Source of the DNA: an uncultured Spirochaetaceae bacterium | GTDB lineage: Bacteria > Myxococcota_A > UBA9160 > UBA4427 | Length of the DNA stretch: 13,995 nt | Assembly (NCBI GenBank): GCA_964594405.1 | Contig: CAZQMY010000120.1 | Span: forward strand, 416-14,410 | Reading direction: 5' to 3' | Shown here: positions 1 through 10,511 of the stretch, in pieces | Layout of the letters: the number at the start of each line of letters is the position of its first letter | How positions within the stretch are numbered: the first letter of the stretch is position 1 | Notes under the pieces: model-generated | Databases searched by the model: none | The model's input: the letters and a program-made list of their open reading frames with translations, nothing else | What the model was told of the DNA's origin: nothing | Position numbers and translations under genes: made by a program

Positions 1-1
1 G

Positions 2-142
2 CAGAGCCGCGTCACGGACCATCGCGCGGGCATCACCCTCCACAAGCTCGATGCCGTGATGCAGGGCGACCTCGAGGAGCTGCTCGACGGCGTCCGCAAG
101 CAGATGACGGCGAAGGACGAGCCGGAGCCGGACCCCGGATGA
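2..142 (+). CDS. prfA: Peptide chain release factor 1, C-terminal fragment (5' end lies outside the window)
   Basis: The frame-2 translation ends with ...[44 protein letters not shown]. This is the conserved RF1 C-terminal region. The stop TGA overlaps the prmC ATG as ATGA, the classic prfA-prmC arrangement. Confidence 0.8.
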   Translation, partial: QSRVTDHRAGITLHKLDAVMQGDLEELLDGVRKQMTAKDEPEPDPG

Positions 143-1011
143 GCGGTGGCCGCAGCTGGACGGTGCTGGAGCTGATCCGCTGGACCACCGACCACTTCGC
201 ATCGCGCGGCATCGAGACGCCGAGACTCGACGCGGAGGTGCTGCTCGCGCACGCGCTCGGGACCGAGCGGGTGAAGCTCTACATCGATTTCGAGAAGCCC
301 GTCGAGCCGTCGGAGCGCGCCGTCTTTCGCGAGCTGGTGCGACGACGCGCCGACCAGCGGGTGCCCGTGGCTCAGCTCTGCGGCAGCCGAGAGTTCTGGA
401 GCCGCAGCTTCAGGGTGAGTGCCGACGTGCTGATCCCGCGCCCCGACACGGAGACCCTGGTCGATGCGGTCCTGACCCGCCTGCCCTCGCAGAGATGCGG
501 CCAGGCCATCGCGGACATCGGCACCGGCTCGGGCGTCATCGCCCTCTCCCTGGCCCTGGAACTCCCCGATGCGAGTGTAATCGCGACCGATATTTCGCCT
601 GCGGCGCTACAGATCGCGCGCTCCAATGCCGATGAGCTGCAGGTCGATTGCGTCTCGTTTCGCGAGGGGAGTCTCTACGAGCCGCTCGCCGGCGAGCGCT
701 TCGACGTGATCGTTTCCAATCCGCCGTATCTGGCGAAGCAGGAAGCCCACGCCTTGCCGCCCGAGCTCGACCACGAGCCCGAGCAGGCGCTCTTCGGCGG
801 GGCGGATGGCTATGCGGTGCTGAGGCCGCTGATCGCCGGGGCGTCGGGGCATTTGCTGCCCGGAGGGCTCTTCGCCGTGGAGGTGGGGCTCGGGCAGGCA
901 GAAGAAGTCGCTGGCTCTTTCGCTGCAGCTGATCTGACCGACATCGAGACCGTACGCGACCTGGCCGGGCACCCCCGCGTAGTGCTGGGCCGGTGCGCGG
1001 CGGAGATCTGA
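139..1011 (+). CDS. prmC: Release factor glutamine N5-methyltransferase (PrmC/HemK)
   Basis: 290 aa. It carries the NPPY catalytic motif ([11 protein letters not shown]) and the SAM-binding motif [11 protein letters not shown]. It sits immediately downstream of prfA with a 4-bp overlap. Confidence 0.9.
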   Translation: MSGGRSWTVLELIRWTTDHFASRGIETPRLDAEVLLAHALGTERVKLYIDFEKPVEPSERAVFRELVRRRADQRVPVAQLCGSREFWSRSFRVSADVLIPRPDTETLVDAVLTRLPSQRCGQAIADIGTGSGVIALSLALELPDASVIATDISPAALQIARSNADELQVDCVSFREGSLYEPLAGERFDVIVSNPPYLAKQEAHALPPELDHEPEQALFGGADGYAVLRPLIAGASGHLLPGGLFAVEVGLGQAEEVAGSFAAADLTDIETVRDLAGHPRVVLGRCAAEI

Positions 1012-1068
1012 GCGGACGCCGGGCCACGTGGATCGCCCGAGCGCGTCGCGCTCGGGAGGTTCAGGACA

Positions 1069-2430
1069 ATGGCGAGCAAGGCGAGCACGAAGCTGCTGCG
1101 GGTGCTCACGAGCGAGGACGCCGGCTTCGAGGACGAGTGGCGCGCGCTCTTCGCGCGTCGCGGCCAGCGCGACGAGGCGCTCCGGAGCAGCGTCGCAGGG
1201 ATCATCGAGCGCGTTCGTATGGCCGATGATCACGGCCTCCGTCGCATCTCGGCCGAGCTCGACGGCGTGCGGCTCGGTCGGCTGGAGCTGACTCGCGACG
1301 AGTGGGACGCCGCCTGCGAGCAGTTGGACCCGGCCGATCGCGCGGCCATCGGCAAGGCGGCCATGCGGATTCGCGAGTTCCACCGGAAGCGGGTGCCGTC
1401 GAGCTGGGAGATGCGCGAGGAGGGCGGGGCCTACATGGGCCAGCGCGTCCGCCCGCTCTCCCGTGTCGGGATCTTCGCGACCGCCATGCCCGGCGTGCGG
1501 CCCACGCAGGTGATCATGAACACGGTGCCCGCCTCCGTCGTCGAGGTGCCCGAGATCATCCTCCTGGCCGCGCCGCAGGAGGACGGCCAGATCGCCCCGG
1601 AGATCCTGATGGCGGCGAAGGTCTCCGGTGTGCATCGAGTCGTCAGGATCGGTGGTGCGCACGGCGTGGCCGCTCTGGCTTTCGGAAGCGGAGGGCTGCC
1701 GCGCGTCGACGCCATCGTGGGCGGAGGCGATCCGCACGCGGACGAGGCCAAGCGCCAGCTCTCCCATCTGGTCGCGGCGACCGACGAAGGGACCGAGCCC
1801 GAGGTCTGCATCGTGGCGGACAAGAGCGCGACGCCGGCATGGATCGCGAGCGAGGTGCTGGGCCACCTGCAATGCGAGTCGTCGGCTGCGGTGCTCCTGA
1901 TCAGTCACCACAAGAGCATCTTCAGCCGGGTCCAGGAGCAGATCACGAAGCAGCTCAAGGGGTGCGATCAGGTCGATGTGCTGAAGGAGCGTCTCGTGGA
2001 ACGGGCTCTGGCCGTCCAGACCAGGACCCTCGACGCGTCCATCGAGCTGGCGAACGACTTCGCGCCCGAGCACGTCCTGCTGGCCGTCGAGAACGCCGAG
2101 TCGGCGAGCAAAGGCGTCCAGAATGCCGGGACCATCTTCATGGGCCACTATACGCCGGTGGCGGTGGGGAGCTACATGGCCGGGCCCAACGGGGTGCTTC
2201 CGCCGGCCGGAAGCGCGCGATTCGCGTCGCCCCGGGGTGTCGAGGATTTCCTCAAGCGCACGAACTTCGTGAAGCTCGAGCCCCCGAAGCTGCGCGAGCT
2301 GGGCGGAGAGGTGATCCGCCTGGCGGAGATGGAAGGCAAGCCCGCCCGTGGCACATCCGTGGAGCTGCGGCTACAAAGGATCCGCCGGGCCCGCCGCGAG
2401 CGCGAGGCGGCCCGCGAGGCGGAGCTCTAG
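1069..2430 (+). CDS. hisD: Histidinol dehydrogenase family protein, divergent (canonical catalytic/Zn-ligand positions substituted)
   Basis: 453 aa. It aligns to HisD along the full length. The GGAHGVAALAFGS, EAKRQL and NDFAPEHVLL (NxxAPEHL) motifs are present. An HYTPV...GSYMAGPNGVLPP block stands where HisD has GDYxxGxNHVLPT. A GGGAGG RBS lies 10 nt upstream of the ATG. A C-terminal basic tail is absent from E. coli HisD. See the findings for the active-site anomalies. Confidence 0.8.
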   Translation: MASKASTKLLRVLTSEDAGFEDEWRALFARRGQRDEALRSSVAGIIERVRMADDHGLRRISAELDGVRLGRLELTRDEWDAACEQLDPADRAAIGKAAMRIREFHRKRVPSSWEMREEGGAYMGQRVRPLSRVGIFATAMPGVRPTQVIMNTVPASVVEVPEIILLAAPQEDGQIAPEILMAAKVSGVHRVVRIGGAHGVAALAFGSGGLPRVDAIVGGGDPHADEAKRQLSHLVAATDEGTEPEVCIVADKSATPAWIASEVLGHLQCESSAAVLLISHHKSIFSRVQEQITKQLKGCDQVDVLKERLVERALAVQTRTLDASIELANDFAPEHVLLAVENAESASKGVQNAGTIFMGHYTPVAVGSYMAGPNGVLPPAGSARFASPRGVEDFLKRTNFVKLEPPKLRELGGEVIRLAEMEGKPARGTSVELRLQRIRRARREREAAREAEL

Positions 2431-2546
2431 AGAGCGGGAGAGCGCCAGCCGATCCGTCAAGTCGCCGGGTCGATTCGGCTCTTCCCGGGCCCGCCCCAAC
2501 CTGGTCCCGAGCAGGGACGGGGCCCCGCGGGTCCCGGGAGTCGATC

Positions 2547-3152
2547 ATGGCGCAGGATGCGGCCGGGCGGCGCGTCGCCACCATCAACCGCAAGACGAAG
2601 GAGACCGAGATCCGGGCCATGCTCGATCTCGACGGCAGCGGGCAGTACCGGATCGCGACCGGGATCCCCTTCTTCGACCACATGCTCGAGTCCTTCGCCC
2701 GCCACGCGCTCTTCGATCTCGAACTGGACGCCAACGGCGACGTAGAAGTCGATCTGCACCACACGGTCGAGGACGTCGGCATCACGCTCGGCCAGGCGCT
2801 GCGCGAGGCGCTCGGCTCGGCGGTGGGGATCCGGCGCTTCGGGTTCTTCGTGCTGCCGATGGCGGAGAGCAAGGTGGAAGTGGCGGTGGACATCTCCAAT
2901 CGCGCCTACCTCGTCTACCAGGTGTCACTCGACAACGACCGGATCGGTGAGTTCGACGCCACGCTCGCCGAGGACTTCATGTACGCCTTTGCGCAGAACG
3001 CGGGCCTCGATCTCCACATCGAGAAGCGCTACGGCCGCAGTCCGCACCATGTGGTGGAGGCCGTGTTCAAGGGCGTGGCGCGCGCGCTTCGCGTCGCCGT
3101 CGAGGTCGATCCGCGCGAGCACGGACTGCCCACCGTGAAGGGCGCCCTCTAG
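2547..3152 (+). CDS. hisB: Imidazoleglycerol-phosphate dehydratase (monofunctional IGPD)
   Basis: 201 aa. The motifs [29 protein letters not shown] and [17 protein letters not shown] match the canonical IGPD Mn-binding motifs. The ATG is at 2547. Confidence 0.9.
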   Translation: MAQDAAGRRVATINRKTKETEIRAMLDLDGSGQYRIATGIPFFDHMLESFARHALFDLELDANGDVEVDLHHTVEDVGITLGQALREALGSAVGIRRFGFFVLPMAESKVEVAVDISNRAYLVYQVSLDNDRIGEFDATLAEDFMYAFAQNAGLDLHIEKRYGRSPHHVVEAVFKGVARALRVAVEVDPREHGLPTVKGAL

Positions 3153-3290
3153 CCGCAGCCGGGCGGCGCCGGCTGCCCGTGCGGAAGCAGATCCAGCCCA
3201 GCCCGGCGCTTGCGGGGCGCCCCGTAAAGCTTCGAACAAGAGATCCGGACGGCGCCGTGTGGGCGCGCCACGGAGGTGGGAGAGTCCTTC

Positions 3291-3941
3291 ATGAGCAGCC
3301 GCCAGGCACGTGTCGCGGTGGTGGACTACGGCGCGGGCAACCTTCGGAGCGTCGCCAAGGCGCTCGAGGCGGCCGATCTGGACGTCGTCGTGAGCGCGGA
3401 TCCGGTCGTCGTGCGCGGCGCCGATGGTGTCGTGCTCCCAGGCGTGGGCGCGTTCCGCGACGCCGTCATCCAGCTGCGCGAGAGCGGGTTGGAAGACGCT
3501 GTGAAGGAGGCCGTGGAGGCGCAGCGGCCCTATCTGGGTCTCTGTTTCGGCCTGCAGCTGCTCTTCGAGGAGGGCGACGAGCACGGCTTGACCAGGGGGT
3601 TCGGCCTGCTCGGCGGCCGCGTGGAGCGCTTCCCCAAGACCGACGCCAGCGGGGCTCCCCTGCGCGTACCGCATATCGGCTGGAACGAGGTGCGGTGGAG
3701 CGCCGGGCATCCGATGACGGAGCACCTGCCCGCGCAGCAGTTCTTCTACTTCGTGCACTCCTACCGCCCGGTGCCCAGCGACGCTTCGATCATCGCGGGT
3801 CGCACGGACTATGGCGGCGAGTTCGCGTCCGCGGTGGCGACCGACCGCCTCTTCGCCACGCAGTTCCACCCCGAGAAGAGCCAGCGCGCCGGCCACGAGC
3901 TGCTCGTCGCCTATCGCCGCTGGGTCGAGTCGGCTCGCTGA
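3291..3941 (+). CDS. hisH: Imidazole glycerol phosphate synthase, glutamine amidotransferase subunit HisH
   Basis: 216 aa class-I GATase. It has the catalytic Cys in GLCFGLQ and the His in QFHPEKS. The ATG at 3291 is preceded by GGAGGTGGGAGAG. The track's GTG at 3276 is less likely. Confidence 0.9.
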   Translation: MSSRQARVAVVDYGAGNLRSVAKALEAADLDVVVSADPVVVRGADGVVLPGVGAFRDAVIQLRESGLEDAVKEAVEAQRPYLGLCFGLQLLFEEGDEHGLTRGFGLLGGRVERFPKTDASGAPLRVPHIGWNEVRWSAGHPMTEHLPAQQFFYFVHSYRPVPSDASIIAGRTDYGGEFASAVATDRLFATQFHPEKSQRAGHELLVAYRRWVESAR

Positions 3942-3973
3942 CTCGCACACTGCGGGCTCGGCGCGGAGATCTC

Positions 3974-4777
3974 ATGCTCACCAAACGCATCATTCCCTGC
4001 CTCGACGTCGACAAGGGGCGCGTCGTGAAGGGCGTCAAGTACATCGACCACGTGGACTGCGGCGATCCCGTAGAGGTCGCCCAGGCCTACGACACGCAGG
4101 AGGCTGACGAGATCACCTTCCTCGACATCACCGCGCGCCACGAGGAGCGCGGCATCCTGCTCGACGTGGTCTCGCGCACGGCCGAGACGGTCTTCATGCC
4201 GCTCACGGTCGGCGGTGGCGTTCGCTCGTTGCAGGACATTCGCGATCTGCTCAACGCCGGCGCAGACAAGGTGTCGATCATGACCGCCGCCGTGAACAAT
4301 CCGGACCTCGTGGCGGAGGCTGCCGCGAAGATCGGTAGCGCGAACCTCGTGCTCGCCATCGACGCGAAGATGGCCGAGGCCTCGGCTGAAGACGGCAGCG
4401 GCGGGCGCTGGGAGGTCTGCACCCATGGTGGGCGCAGGCCCACCGGAATCGACGCCGTCGACTACGCGGGGCGCATGGCCGAGGCGGGTGCGGGTGAGAT
4501 CCTGCTGACCAGCATGGATCGCGACGGGACGAAGAGTGGCTACGATCTCGCCCTGCTGCGGGCCGTAGCCGAGCGCGTGACGGTTCCGGTGATCGCATCG
4601 GGGGGCGGCGGAAGCGCTGCCGACCTCGCCACCGCACTGGACGAAGGGCCCGGGGGTGGCCACGCGCAGGCGGCGCTCGCCGCCTCGATCTTCCACTTCG
4701 GCGAGACCACCGTCGGTGAGGTCAAGCGGGAGCTGATGAAGCGCGGCATCGCGGTGCGGCCTCCGTCGGCCGGATAG
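3974..4777 (+). CDS. hisF: Imidazole glycerol phosphate synthase, cyclase subunit HisF
   Basis: 267 aa. The N-terminus [20 protein letters not shown] and the segments [17 protein letters not shown] and ASIFHF are all characteristic of HisF. It lies 33 bp after hisH, with no hisA between them. Confidence 0.9.
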   Translation: MLTKRIIPCLDVDKGRVVKGVKYIDHVDCGDPVEVAQAYDTQEADEITFLDITARHEERGILLDVVSRTAETVFMPLTVGGGVRSLQDIRDLLNAGADKVSIMTAAVNNPDLVAEAAAKIGSANLVLAIDAKMAEASAEDGSGGRWEVCTHGGRRPTGIDAVDYAGRMAEAGAGEILLTSMDRDGTKSGYDLALLRAVAERVTVPVIASGGGGSAADLATALDEGPGGGHAQAALAASIFHFGETTVGEVKRELMKRGIAVRPPSAG

Positions 4778-4792
4778 GATACGAGGCCGACG
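4764..4792 (+). terminator. Possible stem-loop spanning the hisF stop codon
   Basis: The inverted repeat CGTCGGC...GCCGACG is a 7-bp stem with a ~15-nt loop that contains the TAG stop. No U-tract follows it. Confidence 0.25.
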
Positions 4793-4993
4793 TCGCATTC
4801 ACGTCACACCGGCCGGGACCCGATGCCCGAGCGGCGCAGCAGCCGGATCGCGAAGCGCGAGCAGAGTTTATGCGCGGATCGTGCAGACCATTGGTTGAGC
4901 CGAACGGAGCCGTACGCTAGCTTCGGCCGTTCGCCGGGCCTGGGTACCGAAGCATTCGATTTTTCGAGCCTTTTCAGAGTCGCAGGGGATCGT

Positions 4994-5037
4994 GGCCGGT
5001 CGAGGGCCGGTCGAGGGCCGGTCGAGGGCCGGTCGAA
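4994..5037. repeat. Tandem repeat, 11-bp unit GGCCGGTCGAG x4 (last copy ...GAA)
   Basis: Four perfect head-to-tail copies are visible in the sequence, within the non-coding hisF-rpsU interval. Confidence 0.9.
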
Positions 5038-5055
5038 GGTCGAGGGACGAGGGTC

Positions 5056-5090
5056 GGTCGAAGGTCGAAGGTCGAAGGTCGAAGGTCGAC
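5056..5090. repeat. Tandem repeat, 7-bp unit GGTCGAA x4 plus one GGTCGAC copy
   Basis: Five head-to-tail 7-mers lie directly downstream of the 11-mer array. The 7-mer is the 3' part of the 11-mer unit. Confidence 0.9.
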
Positions 5091-5438
5091 GGACCCTGGG
5101 TCAGGGCACGGCCGAGTCGGAACGCGCCGAGCGCGTTCGCCGGTCGGAGCCGGCGCAGGATCGATACGGGATCTGGAGCAGGAGCCGAAAGCCGAGGAAT
5201 TACAGGGCGGAACGAAGGTTCTTTCCGCCCGGGACCGAGACTGATGTCCCGAGTACGCGCAGGCGCCCTCCCGGGTGACGGACGACGGGTGGCGCATCGT
5301 GCGGAACGCGACGGGTAGGATCGGGCCGACACGAATCTGGCCTCAGGGCCACTAACCAAACGAGCCATGACCGGGCGGGTGCACTGCGGATCAGGCGCCA
5401 CGACTCAAACCCGGCCGCGGCAGCGGGAGCAAGACAGA

Positions 5439-5636
5439 ATGCCGGTCGTCAAGATCAAAGAGAACGAGTCCTTCGAGCAGGCGCTGCGGCGTTTCAAGAA
5501 GACCTGCGAGAAGGCTGGAATCCTGACTGAGCTGCGTCGCCGCGAGTACTATGACAAGCCCAGCATCAGGAAGAAGAAGAAGGCAGCTGCCTCGCGCAAG
5601 CGAGCGCTCAAGAAGATGAGGCGCATGACCCGCTAG
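5439..5636 (+). CDS. rpsU: 30S ribosomal protein S21
   Basis: 65 aa, [48 protein letters not shown]... It aligns to bS21 ([29 protein letters not shown]...). GGGAG lies 9 nt upstream of the ATG. The upstream in-frame extension to 5367 has no similarity and is rejected. Confidence 0.9.
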   Translation: MPVVKIKENESFEQALRRFKKTCEKAGILTELRRREYYDKPSIRKKKKAAASRKRALKKMRRMTR

Positions 5637-5641
5637 ATCCG

Positions 5642-5670
5642 TCGCGATCGCTGCTGCGGCAGGATCGCGA
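5642..5670 (+). terminator. Hairpin immediately after the rpsU stop (possible attenuator between rpsU and dnaG)
   Basis: TCGCGATC-gctgctgcggcag-GATCGCGA forms an 8-bp stem. It has no U-tract. The placement is analogous to the internal terminator between rpsU and dnaG in the E. coli MMS operon. Confidence 0.3.
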
Positions 5671-5787
5671 ACAGATCGCCGCCCGGGCCCGACGGAGGGG
5701 GCCGGCCTGATCCAGGCAGCCTGATCACCTGATCAAAGGCACAGTGTCCGGGCTAAGCGAGCGCGCGTCTCAAGACGAGGTGAGGGA

Positions 5788-7614
5788 TTGGGTCGGATCC
5801 CGGATGCCACGATTCAAGAGATCCGCGACAGAGCCGACATCGTCGGCTTGATCGGAAGGTACGTCGAGCTGAAGCAGGCTGGGCGGAACCACAAGGGTCT
5901 CTGCCCCTTCCACGACGAGAAGACGCCCTCCTTCAACGTCAACCCCGACCGCGGCATCTTCCACTGCTTCGGCTGTGAAGCCGGTGGCGACGTCATCGGC
6001 TTCATGATGCGCTACGAGAACCTCTCCTTCCCGGAGGCCGTGCGCTCGCTGGCGGCCGATCTTGGAATCGAGGTGCCGGAGGAGGGGGGCTCGGCGGGCC
6101 GGGACGAGTCCAAGGGGCTGTTCGCAGCCCTCGACCTGGCCCAGCGCTGCTACCGCGAGGCCCTGACGTCCGCCGGGGGACGGCCCGGCGCGGACTACCT
6201 CCGCCAGCGAGGCCTCGATCCCGAGACCATCGAGCGCTTCGGCCTGGGCTTCGTGCCCGATCGCTGGGACACGGTGACATCGGCCCTGCGCGCTGCCGGG
6301 ATCTCCAGCGAGGTCGGCGAGACCGCGGGCCTCATCCTGGCGAGGCAGAAGGGCGACGGCCATTACGATCGCCTGCGCGGACGGATCACCTTCCCGATCC
6401 GGGACGTGCGGGGCCGCGTCATCGGCTTCGGTGGTCGGGCGCTCTCGAAGGAGCAGGAGCCCAAGTACCTCAATACCCCCGAGACCCCGGTCTTTCGCAA
6501 GCGCACCTCCTTCTATGGCTTTCCCCAGGCGCTCGAGCCGATCCGGCGCAGCGGCCGCGTGATCATCTGCGAGGGCTACTTCGATGCCATCGCGCTCGCG
6601 CGGGCGGGAATGGGCGAGGCGCTGGCGACCTGCGGCACCGCGCTCACGCCCGACCACGCCAAGCAGCTCCGGCGGCGGACCACGAACGTCTTCCTTCTAT
6701 TCGACGGCGATGCCGCGGGGCAGAAGGCGATGGAGCGCGCGATGGCCGTCCTGCTCCCGGAGGGCCTGCGGATCCGCGCGGTGCTGCTCCCCGATGGCCA
6801 GGACCCGGACGACTTCCTGGCCGCTCGCGGCGCCGACGCGCTTCGTGCCGTCGTGGAGAGGGCCCCGGAGGCGCTCGAGGTCGTGCTTCGCCGCGCCATC
6901 TCGATGGGCTGTCAGACGCCGGCCGAGAAGGCGGACGCGGTTCGACACGTGGCCCCCCTCGTCGCCCGGGTCGAGAACCCGGTGGAGCGCACCGAGTGGG
7001 CGCGCCGCGTCGCGGTCGCCACGGCATCCGATCCGCGGGCGGTGGACGCCATCGTCCGGCAGGTGGGATCGGGGCGCAGCGTGCCCGCCACCCAGGAGGT
7101 GGCCGTCGCCACGCCGCGCCCGCCCGCCCGAACCCCCTACGATCGCCAGCTGAGCGAGCTGGCCACCATCTTCGTGCACGCGCCCGGGCTCGCCAATCCC
7201 GAGCTGTGCGAGAGGCTGCGGACCATCCTGCCCGATGGTCGGTGGAAGACGTTGATCATTCAGCTTCTGGATGCGGCAGAGGTTGGATGTATCGACGAGA
7301 GCGGCGCCCTGGACCTGGCGGCGCTCGAAGACCGGCTCGACGAGTCGGATCTGGTTGCCCTTCGCGGACTCGTGATGGGCGGGCAGAAGGATCTGGTCGA
7401 GGCTTCTCCCGCGAACGAGCTCGTCCGATATCTCGATTGGTTCGAGGACAAGTATCGGAAGTGGGAGGAGCAGGAAGTGACCCGACGGCTGCACGATCCG
7501 CAGGAAGACATGCAGGCGCTGCTCGAGCGCAAGCAGGCCCTCCTGGAGAAGAAGAGAGCCGCCGTCGGGATCTCGCCGGGGATGACGGCTCCCCGGTCAT
7601 TGGAGATTCAGTAG
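5788..7614 (+). CDS. dnaG: DNA primase
   Basis: 608 aa. The N-terminal zinc-binding domain is [26 protein letters not shown] Toprim domain is present ([26 protein letters not shown]). The TTG start aligns with E. coli MAGRIP and is preceded by GAGG. It lies downstream of rpsU and upstream of rpoD. Confidence 0.9.
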   Translation: MGRIPDATIQEIRDRADIVGLIGRYVELKQAGRNHKGLCPFHDEKTPSFNVNPDRGIFHCFGCEAGGDVIGFMMRYENLSFPEAVRSLAADLGIEVPEEGGSAGRDESKGLFAALDLAQRCYREALTSAGGRPGADYLRQRGLDPETIERFGLGFVPDRWDTVTSALRAAGISSEVGETAGLILARQKGDGHYDRLRGRITFPIRDVRGRVIGFGGRALSKEQEPKYLNTPETPVFRKRTSFYGFPQALEPIRRSGRVIICEGYFDAIALARAGMGEALATCGTALTPDHAKQLRRRTTNVFLLFDGDAAGQKAMERAMAVLLPEGLRIRAVLLPDGQDPDDFLAARGADALRAVVERAPEALEVVLRRAISMGCQTPAEKADAVRHVAPLVARVENPVERTEWARRVAVATASDPRAVDAIVRQVGSGRSVPATQEVAVATPRPPARTPYDRQLSELATIFVHAPGLANPELCERLRTILPDGRWKTLIIQLLDAAEVGCIDESGALDLAALEDRLDESDLVALRGLVMGGQKDLVEASPANELVRYLDWFEDKYRKWEEQEVTRRLHDPQEDMQALLERKQALLEKKRAAVGISPGMTAPRSLEIQ

Positions 7615-7660
7615 AACCCGCTCGTTGCTGCAGTGCAGATGGAACCAAGGAGACCCCCCC

Positions 7661-9364
<1,704 letters not shown>

Positions 9365-9383
9365 GCCGTTGCCCCGAGTGCGA

Positions 9384-9417
9384 GACGGCCGCCGCAGCCT
9401 GGTCTCCGGCGGCCGTC
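9384..9417 (+). terminator. Stem-loop downstream of rpoD (putative operon terminator)
   Basis: Perfect 11-bp inverted repeat GACGGCCGCCG / CGGCGGCCGTC with a 12-nt loop, 20 bp after the rpoD stop. It is followed by TTCGCTCC, a weak U-tract as expected in a high-GC genome. Confidence 0.45.
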
Positions 9418-9474
9418 TTCGCTCCGGCTTCCCGTCGCTCCCATCGGGCTGCAATTCCGCACCCCGAGTTGCAC

Positions 9475-10494
9475 ATGTCCTGCGTCGTGCATTTGCGGCG
9501 CGGTGTGGCGCCCGTGGGGTCAAGCATCGCCGGTCGCGGTCCGATGATGGTCCCGGAGCCCGCCACCGTCTCCTCGAGCGAGAAGACGAGCTGGTCCGGG
9601 GAGTCGGGGGAGTCGCGAGCCGTGCGCCTGATCGCCTGCCACGTCTGCCGTACGCAGCTCGACGTCACCCACGTGGTCGATGCCGAGGTGACGTGTCGCT
9701 GCGGAGAGAAGCTCGCGAACCGCGAATTCGAAGGACACGAGGTCGACGTCCATCGCTGCTCCGCCTGCGGCGCGCAGGTGGCCAGCGACGCCGAGAGCTG
9801 CCAGTACTGCGGATCGGCGATCTGCCGCGATTCGCAGAAGCTCAGCCTGATCTGTCCCGAATGCTACGGGCGCAACGAGGACGACGCGCGCTTCTGCGTG
9901 GGCTGTGGTGTCGCCTTCAGGCCCGAGCAGGTGAGCGAGCAGCTCCCCGAGCTGCCCTGCCCGTCGTGCACGTGCCTCATGCCCGTGCGCGCGATCGGCA
10001 CGGTGGGAGTCAACGAGTGCCCCGGGTGCAACGGACTCTGGGTTCCCGAGGACAAGTTCGACCATCTGATCGTCCAGGTCTGCCAGGCCGCCCGGGGCAA
10101 CGAAGCGCGGCTGCTGCGCATGCGCGGCGCGCGACGCAGCGGCGGCAATCCGTCGGGCAGGAAGGTCGAGTACCGGAAGTGCCCCGTCTGCGACGCGTTC
10201 ATGCAGCGGAGCAACTTCCAGAAGCGATCTGGGGTGATCATCGATCGCTGCCATAGCCACGGCACCTGGCTCGACGCAGACGAGCTCGAGGCCATCGCGG
10301 GCTTCATCATCGAGGGCGGGATGCAGGAGAGCGCCCGCGAGTATCAGATGCGTCAAGAGATCAACGCAGCGGCGCGGCGAAACGCCGAGGCGCTGCTCCG
10401 TGCCCGCACGGGCGAGAGCATCACCATCGAGCGTCGTGAGGACGCGGGCATCGGGGAGACGCTGCTGGGCGTCCTCTCGTCGCTGCTCAAGTGA
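9475..10494 (+). CDS. Cysteine-rich multi-zinc-ribbon protein: one CxxC...CxC ribbon, a double zinc ribbon (DZR) and two zf-TFIIB-type ribbons; YdjG-like
   Basis: The first ribbon is CHVC...CRC. The DZR-like block is CSACG...CQYCG...CPECYG...CVGCG. The two zf-TFIIB-like modules are CPSC...CPGCNGLWVPEDKFDHLI and CPVCDAFM...DRCHSHGTWLDADELEAI. The start is uncertain, with candidates TTG 9469, ATG 9475 and ATG 9544, and no clear SD. Confidence 0.65.
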   Translation: MSCVVHLRRGVAPVGSSIAGRGPMMVPEPATVSSSEKTSWSGESGESRAVRLIACHVCRTQLDVTHVVDAEVTCRCGEKLANREFEGHEVDVHRCSACGAQVASDAESCQYCGSAICRDSQKLSLICPECYGRNEDDARFCVGCGVAFRPEQVSEQLPELPCPSCTCLMPVRAIGTVGVNECPGCNGLWVPEDKFDHLIVQVCQAARGNEARLLRMRGARRSGGNPSGRKVEYRKCPVCDAFMQRSNFQKRSGVIIDRCHSHGTWLDADELEAIAGFIIEGGMQESAREYQMRQEINAAARRNAEALLRARTGESITIERREDAGIGETLLGVLSSLLK

Positions 10495-10511
10495 GCGAAG
10501 GAGACCGAACA

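Noticed and set aside
607-2148. 513-aa minus-strand ORF antisense to prmC/hisD. Similar long antisense ORFs occur at 2925-3950(-), 3911-4798(-), 5770-6657(-), 6697-7494(-), 8156-9523(-), 9520-10512(-), 10353-11429(-) and 11637-13517(+).
   Set aside because: All lie opposite well-supported conserved genes. Their translations are Arg/Ala/Pro/Gly-rich with no recognisable motifs. High GC depletes stop codons in antisense frames.
1069-2430. hisD as a disrupted pseudogene
   Set aside because: The ORF is full-length with a good RBS and no frameshift or internal stop. Only specific residue substitutions are seen, so it is reported as a divergent CDS, not a pseudogene.
1302-2546. 5' part of the 616-aa ORF (1302..3152) overlapping hisD in another frame
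   Set aside because: Only the last 201 codons (2547-3152) encode IGPD (HisB). The upstream part is a low-complexity Arg/Gly read-through of the hisD region.
3179-3973. 5' part of the 532-aa ORF (3179..4777) overlapping hisH
   Set aside because: HisF similarity starts at the ATG at 3974 ([12 protein letters not shown]). The upstream part is a low-complexity Arg/Gly overlap of hisH.
4994-5090. CRISPR array as an explanation for the tandem repeats
   Set aside because: The units are 7-11 bp and directly abutting, with no spacers and no cas genes. They are microsatellite-like, not CRISPR.
5367-5438. N-terminal extension of rpsU ([24 protein letters not shown])
   Set aside because: bS21 homology begins at the internal ATG at 5439, which has a GGGAG RBS. 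The extension is not conserved in S21.
9469-10494. Zn-ribbon protein as a transcription factor (TFIIB-like) or as an rpoD-linked anti-sigma factor
   Set aside because: Bacterial zf-TFIIB domains are generic zinc ribbons. There is no anti-sigma (zf-HC2/RskA) signature and no transmembrane segment. A terminator separates the gene from rpoD. Its pairing with the SPFH gene is the better-supported context.
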